DNA of 64,000 nucleotides from an archaeon (GTDB lineage Archaea > Nanobdellota > Nanobdellia > Pacearchaeales > GW2011-AR1), in contig JBDRNU010000025.1 in the NCBI GenBank assembly GCA_043810775.1, forward strand, positions 32,001 to 96,000, read 5' to 3'. Each line of letters opens with the position of its first letter. The first letter of the stretch is position 1. The notes beneath the pieces were generated by a model, which saw only the letters and a list, made by a program, of their open reading frames with translations, ran no database searches and was not told where the DNA came from. This document shows, piece after piece, positions 19,601 to 28,211 of this stretch. A program made the position numbers and the translations under genes.

Positions 19601-22600
19601 TTGAAGATGAGACAGATATTATTTTAAGAAGCATGGCTCATGAAGGGATAGGGGGTGGATGGTATCTGCCTGTGGGAAGAATAGAGATATGGAGAAATGG
19701 TTCTTTGTATAAGTTGATTAGTGATACTTCAAAAGATTCAGAATTTTTTTCAATTTATGGCAATGGACAGTTTAAGTATACTATTTATGAAAAAGACGGT
19801 GAAAAATATATTGTAAACCATGATGCATATGAGGATCCTGAAATCAGCTGGAGAAAAGGCGGAATAATTGATTATACTGGGGAGTATTTATTTAACTGGC
19901 CTAAGCTTTTTGGATATGCTCATAGAGAAGTTAATTGGGGGGAAGGCGAGACTGTGGTTTATGGTGATAAGATTATTTATATGCACCAGTATGAAAATTG
20001 GACTAATGAGAATAATATTTTAGAAGGATATCTTGTGAATTTTGAGTATAAAATAAATATTTATGGGAAAGATGGGGCACTTTTAGACCAGATTATTCTC
20101 AAGCCTTATGAGTTTGAGCTTGTGCCCGGGGCAGGAATTGAGGGGTGGAGAGAGGATATATCTATGACTGCTTTTAAAGATTCTGGAAAGGAGCTAGTTG
20201 CACTAGTTGAAAGAAATACACTAGAGTATGCTTATGAAAACAGCTCCTTAAATAAAGATTGGATTTATGTGCAGTTAAATAATATTGAAACAGGAGCTAG
20301 TGAAGGAAATTTAGAGATTCTGTTTGTGGGCGAATTATTAAATAATTTTAATGAGCCGATTTCTATTGTACAAGATGGCAAAGGCAGGATTGTATTACCA
20401 ATTGAAACTTTTAATGAAACTTTATGGTTGGAAGAGCCTGGAAGGAAAGATGCATGGAGTGTAATTTTTTATTTTATTAATTCTTCTGCTAGTGTTGAAA
20501 ATGAGGTCAGGATAAGTAATTATAGTTTGTATTCAACACTTGCAGCATTAGAGTATGAAAACCAGACTTATGTTTTGGCATCTATGAGAGATGATGAGTC
20601 TGATATGATTTTTATTTTTGATTTTGAAGGAAATATTGTAAGGCAGATTAATGTTTCTAATTCTATATATGAGAGTGTTCCTGTTTTATTGAGAACTGGG
20701 GATATTGATGCTGATGGAATACCTGAAATAGTAGCAGTTTCTTATGAGAGCATACCTTCAGGTGATTATTGGGAAAGGAATATATTAATCAGGGTGTATG
20801 ATTTTTATGGAAATGAGGAAATGAGTTTTAGCATTCCAGTAGTTGAATTAGGAAGTAGCAGTATTAATGATATTGTTATTGCTGATTATAATGATAATGG
20901 ACAGACTGACTTGATTTTTACTATGAGTAGTTTTGATGAGAATTGGAATGAGGTAAATCCTAAGTTGTTTGCTATTGATTTGGGGAGTGAATATAATAAA
21001 GATAAGATGTACTGGGCGTTTCAGAGGGGAGATATGCAGAGAAGTGCTTGCTTTGGATGTGTAGAAGAGCCTGACTTAAGAACAGGGTTATTTTTTAATC
21101 CAGTCACTGGCTTTGGAAATAATCATAGTTTAAGCTTGATTATTGAAAATAATTATATATACTTAAATAGTATGAATTATGAGGTTTCTTATTCAAAATG
21201 TGAGTATGCTGACAGGGCAAGCTGTGCTTATACTTTAGTTAATCAAGGAATTATATCAGGATTAGCGTCAGGGAACAATTATCAGAAAGATATGAGTGTT
21301 TTGTATCCTTTAGTTGGCGAGTATGTATTAAAGCTTAAAGTTAGCTCGAATAATGAAGAGTTTGAAAATATTACTAAGTATTATTCTGTAAATGTTAGGA
21401 GTTTTTATGCAGACTTGTATGCTTATATTTATTATTCTAGCTATTTTGTTAACAGTGAAAATGACATTCAGACTGAGATTTTTAATAAAGGCAATGAAGA
21501 TACAGTTGCAAATGCTACTTTATATGTTCAGGAAGGTTATTGTAGCAAGTTTACTAGTTGTGATAATTTAAGCTTAATTAGTTCTATGGAGTTTGAAGTT
21601 GGAGATAGGGAGTTTGAATATCCTGTTTTTTACTGGACTCCTTATGCTAGTGGAGAGTTTACTTTGGTTTTAAATGTAACTAGCAGTAATGATATTAATT
21701 TAGATGATAATGTTTATTTTCGGAGTATAACTGTCAAAGAACCTGGGGCTGATTTATATGTATATATCCCTTATTTTGACATGTTTGCAAATTTTACTAA
21801 TAATCTCAGCGCTAGAGTTTATAATTTTGGGACTGAAACTCCAGTTAATGCTACACTAGAGTTTTATTATCAAAAAGATTTTTGTTATTATTATGATGGT
21901 GAGTGCACTAATTTAAGCTTAATTGGCTCTAGAGATTTGGTTTTTAGTGAGTGGGAAGAAGCTGTTGAGTATTTTGATTGGTTTAGTGAAAATGAAGGAT
22001 ACTATACTTTTGTTGCAATTGCAAATGCAAGCAATGAGGTTTATCCTGAGGATAATTTTGACTGGAATTATGTATGGGTTAGGTCTAGTGGGCCGGACGT
22101 TGGTGTATATTTTTATAATTTTTATGAATCTTATATGGTTGTTGGGCAGGAAAATGATATTCCTTTTATAGTTTATAATGAAGGAACTGAACCAGCTTTA
22201 AACATAAATTTAACTTTATATCGTGAGATTTATAATTTAAGTGAATGGTGGTACGAGTCTGTTGGCAGTGTTATTATAGGGAGTATAGAACCTGGAGAAG
22301 AGGTTTTTGCAAATATTTCATTTAGTCCTATAGAAAAAGGTTATATTTATTTTATGGCAAATGCTTCAGCTGAAAATGATGTTTACTTTAATAATAATGA
22401 TGCTTTTTATAGTAAAAATATTCTTAGTTTAGGAAGAGATGTTGGGATTGATTATGTATATTCTTCAAATGAGTTTGCAGTTGGACAGACTAGTGGCATG
22501 GTGGTTAGGATAAGCAATGTTGGAAGTGAAAGTGTAGAGAATATTAATGCATCTCTTTATGTTGATGGGGAATTTATTACTAGCGAGGTTTATGACTTTT

Positions 22601-24246
22601 TATATTCAGAAGTTGATGAAGAGTGGCCTACTTCTTATACTTTTCATCTTCAATATACTCCTTTAAGTGTTGGAGTAAAGTCAGCTATAATAAATGTAAG
22701 CATAGATGGAGATGTTGACTTGTCTGATAATAGCCAGAATTATCCTATTATAGTATATTCTTTAAGAAACCTGACTTTAAATATTGTGGATAGCTTGTGG
22801 AATCCTGTGCAAAGATTGGTATTTCTTGAAAATGATGCATATGAAATAAATGGAAGCAATACTATTGAAGTTCCTGATTTACCTGAATTTAATAATTTTG
22901 GGCTGATTCATATACTTGAAGGAAGTATTTATTCTGGCGTTGGGGGAGCTGTTGGGATTTATACTGAAGAGGTTTTTTTAGGAGATAATGAAACTCTGAT
23001 TTCAGAATTTTATGAGAGAATTGAAGATAATAATGAATATTATTATTCTGTTTTTGCTTATAATTTAAGCTTTCCTTTTTATGAAAATCAGTTGTTGATT
23101 TATCTGAATGAAACCTGGACTGAAAGAATAGGATTAAATTCAAGCTCACTTGAGGATTATACCTTGTTTTATTGCAAGAATTTTAATTTTGCAAGCAAGA
23201 GCTGTTTAAGTGGGTGGAAATCTGACTTTATATGGATGGATATTGATATTTACAAAGGTGAGGCTGAATATGAAGCAGTGCTTTATGAGCCTAGCATGGC
23301 TTTTGGGATTTCTATAGCAAATATACTTGATGGGGAAACTAGTGATTTAAGCTTAGTTCCAGACTTATTTAGTGGGTTGATACTTGAAAATACTGCTTTT
23401 GGCAGAGTTAGATTTTTAGATGAGATTAATGTCAGCAGATTAAGGAGCAATCCTTTAGTGTTAGATGATAATGTTAGATTTAGGCTGAGAAAAATTAATC
23501 TGGACACAAGCAACTTACAAGAGCTTGGGAATAAGAGTGCTGAGATTTTAGTTAGAGCTGTTGATTATATTAATCCTGTGATATTATACAATGGGCAGAA
23601 GTGTATGCAATGTTCAAATGTTTATTATAACTCGAGCTTAAATTATATTATTTTCAATTCAACTGGATTTTCTGAATATCAGATTATAGAGGGATGTGGA
23701 GATGGTTATTGTGATGGATTGGAAAATACTGCTAATTGCGCTAGTGATTGTCAGGTTGGGGATGACGATGATGGTGGAGGAGGAGGAGGTGGTGGAGGAG
23801 GTGGTGGCGGGGATGATAGTATTGCATCTAGGTTGAATATTACCAAGCCAGGAGGAATTACACCAACTGGGTGCAATGTAGGGGAGTGTGATTTAGTTGA
23901 GCATAGATATTGCGATGAAAATAGAAACTGGCAAACTGACAGTTATTGCGAATATTGCAAGGAAGATGGAATTTGTGCAGAAGATACCTACTTGCCAAGA
24001 GATTATAATTTGCCATTAGTTGCTCTTTTTATCTTCTTAGTAGCTGCTTCAGGTTTTGTAATTATTTTAATTGCTTGGAAATATGTTGAATTTTTAGAAG
24101 AAAATAAAACTCATAAATCAAAAATGACTAAAGGCAGGGAAATTATCAGCAATGCAAGGAAATCAGGCTATACTAATGAGGAAATCAGAAGAAGATTTAG
24201 GGAAAATGGGTGGAAGGATAAAGATATTAACAAGATGATGAAGTAG
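16672..24246 (+). CDS. Giant membrane-anchored S8 subtilase with I9 propeptide, FG-GAP-like and CARDB/Ig-like repeats
   Basis: Catalytic triad IAIVDTG / HGHGTHCA / SGTSMATPHVAG; GDIDADGIPEIV; repeated NxGxE...DN CARDB-like units; poly-Gly and Cys-rich linker, TM helix, cytoplasmic GYT..EI...GW tail. Confidence 0.92.
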   Translation: MLKREVFAVFIVVFIIFSLMIVSSQNIIKKQRSFNITDEGLIQIDEKTDYIPEKQTYILEFKEEPVLKKEIQLENEIRELEIKAMVQAGQGKISGASRTESQVNAKKTQKQQEISNYRKKLEIEHEFALADIKNKLDKKTFIGNVIFNLKSITGNAIFMISDNLIFFSPEEKIKPEKEYFNTFNGAVVDLTREELEKVKKSSYVKEIYPDVELQVILDDSVPLMNADDVWRLVDWEGKNITGQGMTIAIVDTGINYTHSDLGRCTSEEFLNGNCEKVIGGYDFFNEDSDPMDDHGHGTHCAATAAGKGDESLQVTLRNSSSLEFSIGPDYIVMTGVLKNGYFPIYLVYGNGTYFTNPGRNDLNKLVSSSTSNILFNSSSDEQFIASWNSSTGAESYVLSATITTKDSANRTTIINKITTSDVCTDLTEGDTCYVGNVVLTVNEVYVIGNTKWVDLSIGAGGSFDKVFDVNRTYIYLPLKENLPNRTYVTEIYSSDDSILSSCNYYWWSENVEFGACSGGGGGGGGEIYVGLNGVAPDTKIYSYKVCSSGGSCPSVDIMQAFEAAVDPNNDGDFSDMVDVVSVSLGGNGNPDDVLSKSADTMVEAGVVAVIAAANAGPLEGTIGSPGTSRKAITVGASDKNDIIAVFSSRGPVVWEDENNINRTMIKPDVVAPGVNICAAQHDSAWQYSKCLDDIHVAISGTSMATPHVAGAAALIKQAHPDWTPAQIKSALKNTAVDIGENLFTQGAGRINVLEAVSLNNSLVINMDIYQDGENIIINTEITGENLDSYILDYKIGENEWSGFDSGSLNPFGDELIFSYDSTELDSGWVFFRVSVNDSSSENFFEQAVFKIDNFKIAQAGTGGYLVESSEDVFAEVTSGEYVSYDIYMSRMLSSGNYSEWFSVYASSQPLETGKIATLDVDSLEDGKYQMKIVAITEQANQVEGEIYKKVVVLKSFRGGIIRETVQIEPGYISVEKIEDETDIILRSMAHEGIGGGWYLPVGRIEIWRNGSLYKLISDTSKDSEFFSIYGNGQFKYTIYEKDGEKYIVNHDAYEDPEISWRKGGIIDYTGEYLFNWPKLFGYAHREVNWGEGETVVYGDKIIYMHQYENWTNENNILEGYLVNFEYKINIYGKDGALLDQIILKPYEFELVPGAGIEGWREDISMTAFKDSGKELVALVERNTLEYAYENSSLNKDWIYVQLNNIETGASEGNLEILFVGELLNNFNEPISIVQDGKGRIVLPIETFNETLWLEEPGRKDAWSVIFYFINSSASVENEVRISNYSLYSTLAALEYENQTYVLASMRDDESDMIFIFDFEGNIVRQINVSNSIYESVPVLLRTGDIDADGIPEIVAVSYESIPSGDYWERNILIRVYDFYGNEEMSFSIPVVELGSSSINDIVIADYNDNGQTDLIFTMSSFDENWNEVNPKLFAIDLGSEYNKDKMYWAFQRGDMQRSACFGCVEEPDLRTGLFFNPVTGFGNNHSLSLIIENNYIYLNSMNYEVSYSKCEYADRASCAYTLVNQGIISGLASGNNYQKDMSVLYPLVGEYVLKLKVSSNNEEFENITKYYSVNVRSFYADLYAYIYYSSYFVNSENDIQTEIFNKGNEDTVANATLYVQEGYCSKFTSCDNLSLISSMEFEVGDREFEYPVFYWTPYASGEFTLVLNVTSSNDINLDDNVYFRSITVKEPGADLYVYIPYFDMFANFTNNLSARVYNFGTETPVNATLEFYYQKDFCYYYDGECTNLSLIGSRDLVFSEWEEAVEYFDWFSENEGYYTFVAIANASNEVYPEDNFDWNYVWVRSSGPDVGVYFYNFYESYMVVGQENDIPFIVYNEGTEPALNINLTLYREIYNLSEWWYESVGSVIIGSIEPGEEVFANISFSPIEKGYIYFMANASAENDVYFNNNDAFYSKNILSLGRDVGIDYVYSSNEFAVGQTSGMVVRISNVGSESVENINASLYVDGEFITSEVYDFLYSEVDEEWPTSYTFHLQYTPLSVGVKSAIINVSIDGDVDLSDNSQNYPIIVYSLRNLTLNIVDSLWNPVQRLVFLENDAYEINGSNTIEVPDLPEFNNFGLIHILEGSIYSGVGGAVGIYTEEVFLGDNETLISEFYERIEDNNEYYYSVFAYNLSFPFYENQLLIYLNETWTERIGLNSSSLEDYTLFYCKNFNFASKSCLSGWKSDFIWMDIDIYKGEAEYEAVLYEPSMAFGISIANILDGETSDLSLVPDLFSGLILENTAFGRVRFLDEINVSRLRSNPLVLDDNVRFRLRKINLDTSNLQELGNKSAEILVRAVDYINPVILYNGQKCMQCSNVYYNSSLNYIIFNSTGFSEYQIIEGCGDGYCDGLENTANCASDCQVGDDDDGGGGGGGGGGGGGDDSIASRLNITKPGGITPTGCNVGECDLVEHRYCDENRNWQTDSYCEYCKEDGICAEDTYLPRDYNLPLVALFIFLVAASGFVIILIAWKYVEFLEENKTHKSKMTKGREIISNARKSGYTNEEIRRRFRENGWKDKDINKMMK

Positions 24247-24733
24247 TTTTTCCCCAGGTCATTTCTTTTCCTTGTTTTAAGTGTGCATCTAGAATTTCAA
24301 GCTCTTCATAGATACCTTCAATTAAATCATAACTGGAAGCTTCTTCTAGCGAGACCCACTTGAATTCTGTTAGTGCTTTACAAAGTTTGATGTCTTCTGA
24401 TGCTGGTTCTGCATATAAACTGATAATTAGGCAGGGAATATTATCAGGGCGAATATAAACCAGGCTAGTAACATACCCTATATTTTTAATTTCTAGGTTG
24501 ACTTCTTCTTTTATCTCGCGCTTAAGTAATCTCTCTAGGATATTATACCAGTGAAACTCGGTATCTTTATTGCGAAGAGCATAATCCAGAACTTCAAGCT
24601 TGCCTCCTGGAACTGTCCACTTGCCTGGAAAGGCTTTTTCAAACTCTGCCCGCTTTGTTATAAGATATTTACAATCTTTTACTAGAATTCCGGTAACTAC
24701 AATGTAGTGTGCCTGGTTTTTATCATATATCAT
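24227..24733 (-). CDS. Nudix hydrolase
   Basis: KAFPGKWTVPGGKLE...LKREIKEEVNL (Nudix box with an insertion); probable ATG at 24733. Confidence 0.85.
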   Translation of the reverse strand: MIYDKNQAHYIVVTGILVKDCKYLITKRAEFEKAFPGKWTVPGGKLEVLDYALRNKDTEFHWYNILERLLKREIKEEVNLEIKNIGYVTSLVYIRPDNIPCLIISLYAEPASEDIKLCKALTEFKWVSLEEASSYDLIEGIYEELEILDAHLKQGKEMTWGKTTSSSC

Positions 24734-25076
24734 TTTTTTCTTGTAATAGTTTAATTGCGTTTTCTTGTATTTCCTGCAATAGAGTAATTTCAAATGGGCT
24801 AAAAATTTCTGCTTGTGTCTTGTCTATTTGAATATAAGGGCATCCTTCTGAGCTGGATAGAGCAGGCAGGCTTAAATAAATCTTAATTGAGTTGTATCCT
24901 AAATCTGGAGGATTAAATGAGAGATTATTAACAAGACTTTGAGCAATTTCCTGTGCTGATGAATATACACCCCATCCTCTGCCTTTTTTTGTAATAATAG
25001 GATATTTAATAGCTGCTTTTTCATCATGGACTTTTTGGATACTAGTTATATAACAAAATAATTCTAAATCATGCAT
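24723..25076 (-). CDS. Hypothetical protein
   Basis: 117-aa ORF overlapping the Nudix start. Confidence 0.45.
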   Translation of the reverse strand: MHDLELFCYITSIQKVHDEKAAIKYPIITKKGRGWGVYSSAQEIAQSLVNNLSFNPPDLGYNSIKIYLSLPALSSSEGCPYIQIDKTQAEIFSPFEITLLQEIQENAIKLLQEKNDI

Positions 25077-25184
25077 ATTTCAAGATAATTATATTTATAT
25101 GTCAAAAATTCCCTCTAATTTTGAATTTTTGAGCATAGTCAAAAACCTCCTTATGGACTTAATAAGTTTTTGATATTTAAAGAA

Positions 25185-25205
25185 TTGCTCAAAAAATTTG
25201 AGCAA
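25185..25205. promoter_or_regulatory. Palindromic operator upstream of the HTH-Nudix gene
   Basis: TTGCTCAAA-AAA-TTTGAGCAA; related (G/C)TCAAAAA half-sites at about 25100-25146. Confidence 0.6.
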
Positions 25206-25216
25206 ACTAGGGAAAA

Positions 25217-25816
25217 ATGGAGAAAGAAATTTTAGAATTATTTTTATTTAATAATAAGCTAAAGTTTAGCGAGATTGGAAAGCTCTTAAATATCAGAACA
25301 AATAAGCTGGCTTATCACTTGAATAATCTTGTTAAGAAAGGAATTTTAGTTAAAGATAAACAGTCTTATTTTCTATCAGATATTTCTGAAAGCTTAATTC
25401 CTTATTTATCTGATAAAAAAGCAGTACTTCCTGTTATTTTAGTTTTAATTGGAGATAAAAAGAAAGCTTATCTGTATAAGAGATCTAAGAGGCCGTTTAA
25501 AGGATATTTTTCCTTGCCTGGGGGAAGAATTCAGATTGGAGAAAGTATAAGTGATGCTACTAAAAGGATAATGAAGAAGTTTGGGATTAAGGCTAAATTA
25601 GGAAGAGTAAATTCTGTAAGTTTAGAGCATGTAAAGAAGAAGGGAAAAATTATCCATAGTTTTATGCTGATTTTTGTTACAGCTACTTCTAAAGATAATG
25701 TTGATTTTGTTAGTGTTGAAAGGAAAAAAAGGCAGATAATTAAGAGTGATTATTATCTTTTAAGGCATAAATCAGATGAAGAATTAGATATAAATACTAT
25801 TTTTTCAATTGATTGA
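25217..25816 (+). CDS. wHTH-Nudix fusion, putative transcriptional regulator
   Basis: N-terminal KFSEI...LAYHLNNLVKKG wHTH; C-terminal FSLPGGRIQIGES..ATKRI Nudix box lacking the catalytic EE. Confidence 0.75.
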   Translation: MEKEILELFLFNNKLKFSEIGKLLNIRTNKLAYHLNNLVKKGILVKDKQSYFLSDISESLIPYLSDKKAVLPVILVLIGDKKKAYLYKRSKRPFKGYFSLPGGRIQIGESISDATKRIMKKFGIKAKLGRVNSVSLEHVKKKGKIIHSFMLIFVTATSKDNVDFVSVERKKRQIIKSDYYLLRHKSDEELDINTIFSID

Positions 25817-25837
25817 ATTTCTTAGAAAGATTTATAT

Positions 25838-25856
25838 ACTATAGTTATACTATAGT
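25838..25856. promoter_or_regulatory. Operator of the MazF TA operon
   Basis: Two ACTATAGT palindromes (25838-45, 25849-56) between the TATA box and the antitoxin start. Confidence 0.55.
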
Positions 25857-25859
25857 CTT

Positions 25860-26090
25860 ATGGTAACAACAATTCAGCTTAATGAAAATGTAAAGAATGC
25901 TTTAGATAGATTAAAGTCAAGAAAGCAAACTTATGAAGATGTAATTTTAGAGCTTATGAGAGTTGCTGAACAATGTAAACGAGAGCAAGAACAATTGCTT
26001 ATTGAAGGTTATAAAGAAATGGCTGAAGAAAGCTTGAAGATTAATAAGGAATTTGAATCTATTGAAGAAGACTTTGATTGGAAATGGTAG
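25860..26090 (+). CDS. RHH-type antitoxin
   Basis: TTIQL...LK...TYEDVI RHH-like N-terminus and EGYKEMAEES acidic tail; overlaps mazF. Confidence 0.75.
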   Translation: MVTTIQLNENVKNALDRLKSRKQTYEDVILELMRVAEQCKREQEQLLIEGYKEMAEESLKINKEFESIEEDFDWKW

Positions 26091-26431
26091 AAATAAAAAG
26101 AGGAGATATAGTGCTTGTAAATTTAGAACCTGTAAAAGGAAGTGAACAAGGTGGAGTGAGGCCTTGTTTAATTATTCAAAATGATAAAGGGAATAAATAC
26201 AGCCCTCTGGCAATAATTGCACCCTTAACTTCAAAAGAGTTTACAAAAGAGTTTGCAACTAATGTATTTGTTTCTAAAGAAGATTCAAAATTAGACAAAG
26301 ACTCTACAATATTACTAAACCAAATAAAAACAATTGACAAGCGAAGAATAGTAAAAAAGATAAGCTTTTTAGACAGCGAAATTATGAAAAAAATTGACAT
26401 GGCTATTAAAATAAGCTTGGGTTTGGTGTAG
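26084..26431 (+). CDS. mazF: MazF/PemK-family endoribonuclease toxin
   Basis: KRGDIVLVNLEPVKGSEQGGVRPCLIIQND and QIKTIDKRR. Confidence 0.93.
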   Translation: MVEIKRGDIVLVNLEPVKGSEQGGVRPCLIIQNDKGNKYSPLAIIAPLTSKEFTKEFATNVFVSKEDSKLDKDSTILLNQIKTIDKRRIVKKISFLDSEIMKKIDMAIKISLGLV

Positions 26432-26442
26432 TTAATAATAGA

Positions 26443-27273
26443 ATGATAAAATTGAGAAACTTAAAGCTGAAAAATAGATATTTTCTTGCGCCTATGGCTG
26501 AAGTTAATGATATTGTTTTTAGATTGCTATGCAAGAAAGCTGGTGCAGGATTAACTTATACTGGAATGATTCATCCTTTATCCAGGCAAAAACTAGAATT
26601 AGATGATAAACCATCCTTGCAATTGTTTTCTTCAGATGAAAAAGGAATTAAAGAATTTATTAAAAAATATGATATGGAAGTCAGCTTATGGGATTTTAAT
26701 TTAGGATGTCCTGTTAAAAGGGCTGGCGAAGGGGGTTATGGGTATTTCTTACAGGACTTAAAGATGATTGAGAGAATTTTGAAAGTTATGCGAGAAAGCA
26801 CTAAAAAGCCGATTACAGTTAAGCTTAGAAAGTCAAGTCAGGCATTGAAAATAGTTAAGATAGCTGAAAAATATTGTGATGCAATTTCAATTCATCCAAG
26901 GACATTGCAACAAGGTTATTCTGGCAAGGCTGATATTAGTTTTGCTGAGGATATTAAGAAAAAATCAAAATTACCTATTATCTATTCTGGAGATGTAAAT
27001 GAAGCTAATGTTTTTGATTTATTAGAGAAATTTGATTTTGTTATGATTGGTAGAGAAGCAATTGGAAATCCTAATATTTTTGCTAAACTCACTAATAGTA
27101 AGGTTAGCTTAGGATTTAATGATTATCTTAAGTTAACTAAGAAATATAAACTTCCTTTTAAGCAGGTTAAATTTCAAGCAATTAATTTCACTAAAAAAAG
27201 GGGAAATGCGAAGAAGTTAAGAATGGAATTGATGAACGCTAAAAACATTGAAGATATTAGTAAAATCATATAA
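26443..27273 (+). CDS. dus: tRNA-dihydrouridine synthase
   Basis: LAPMA, DFNLGCP, PITVKLR, IHPRT, SGD and VMIGREAIGNPNIF. Confidence 0.9.
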   Translation: MIKLRNLKLKNRYFLAPMAEVNDIVFRLLCKKAGAGLTYTGMIHPLSRQKLELDDKPSLQLFSSDEKGIKEFIKKYDMEVSLWDFNLGCPVKRAGEGGYGYFLQDLKMIERILKVMRESTKKPITVKLRKSSQALKIVKIAEKYCDAISIHPRTLQQGYSGKADISFAEDIKKKSKLPIIYSGDVNEANVFDLLEKFDFVMIGREAIGNPNIFAKLTNSKVSLGFNDYLKLTKKYKLPFKQVKFQAINFTKKRGNAKKLRMELMNAKNIEDISKII

Positions 27274-27399
27274 CTTTGAAATTTGCAAATATTGCTTTAA
27301 AAATATTTAAATAGAATTTTAACTTTAGATATTAACATTAATAATTGAATATGAAAATAAAAGAATTAAAATTTAAAAAATAAAAAAAAAATTGAGAAA

Positions 27400-28134
27400 T
27401 TACTCGTAACCTAGTTTAGCAATATCAATAGGCATGCTGACATTTTTTCTCTCAAATCTAGCCCTGTAAGTTCCATCTCCGTTTTCAGTTAAAACTACAT
27501 CAGCGTAGTCTTCCATTCCGAAAACTCCGCCAATATCTTCGCAACTTGTAACTGGAGTTTTTCTACCAGTATTTACAGCAACTACTGCCATTGCTTCTAA
27601 AGAACCAGATTGTCCGCCTAAAACTGCTAGCTTTAAGTCAGGATTTTGAACTAGCTCGTAAATTACTTCTTTTAGCATTTGACCTCTGCTTTTACAGATT
27701 TCATTAAAAGGAGTTGTTTTTCCACCATGATATGAATTCATAGTTGGATTTGCAACTAAATCTCTTACGTAAGTGTCAGTGTCTACTTTTCCGCTTTTTA
27801 CAGCATCTTCATTGTATACAATTCCATCGTCCCCAAGTCTTTCATCTTCCATAAATGGTCTTTTTTCAACACCATTTTCAGAAGGGTCAATTCCTAGAGC
27901 ACCTAAATAAATAGCATTTGCAGTATGGGCAGTTCTATTTAATTTATTAGCTCTAAGTAAGACATTTTTTGGTCCAACTTGGTTTTGTTTGCAGTATCCA
28001 CCTAGAGTTTTTCTTGAAGTGTCATAGATTCTTTTAGAAGAATCCCACTGCACTGTATCTTCTATTGTTACTCCATTTGCGTCTTTAGGAACAATTCCGT
28101 GCCTTGATATTCTTATTCTTTTTTCTTTAATCAT
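27400..28134 (-). CDS. Divergent histidine phosphatase superfamily protein
   Basis: RISRHG, NRTAHTA and EDERLG; the second His motif is replaced by GGQS. Start at 28134 has an AAGGAG SD (track start is 28161). Confidence 0.6.
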   Translation of the reverse strand: MIKEKRIRISRHGIVPKDANGVTIEDTVQWDSSKRIYDTSRKTLGGYCKQNQVGPKNVLLRANKLNRTAHTANAIYLGALGIDPSENGVEKRPFMEDERLGDDGIVYNEDAVKSGKVDTDTYVRDLVANPTMNSYHGGKTTPFNEICKSRGQMLKEVIYELVQNPDLKLAVLGGQSGSLEAMAVVAVNTGRKTPVTSCEDIGGVFGMEDYADVVLTENGDGTYRARFERKNVSMPIDIAKLGYE

Positions 28135-28185
28135 TTTACTTCTCCTTAATTTATTTAACATAATAGAGTATTTAAATCTTTCTAT

Positions 28186-28211
28186 TTGTCACTATTATTT
28201 AATGGTGACAA
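28186..28211. promoter_or_regulatory. Inverted repeat (operator or terminator hairpin)
   Basis: TTGTCACTATTA-TT-TAATGGTGACAA immediately after the stop at 28212 and before the next TATA box. Confidence 0.4.

Noticed and set aside
23773-23812. GGA/GGT tandem repeats here and at about 18222-18246
   Set aside because: Poly-Gly linkers in the protease with mixed codons; no sign of phase variation.
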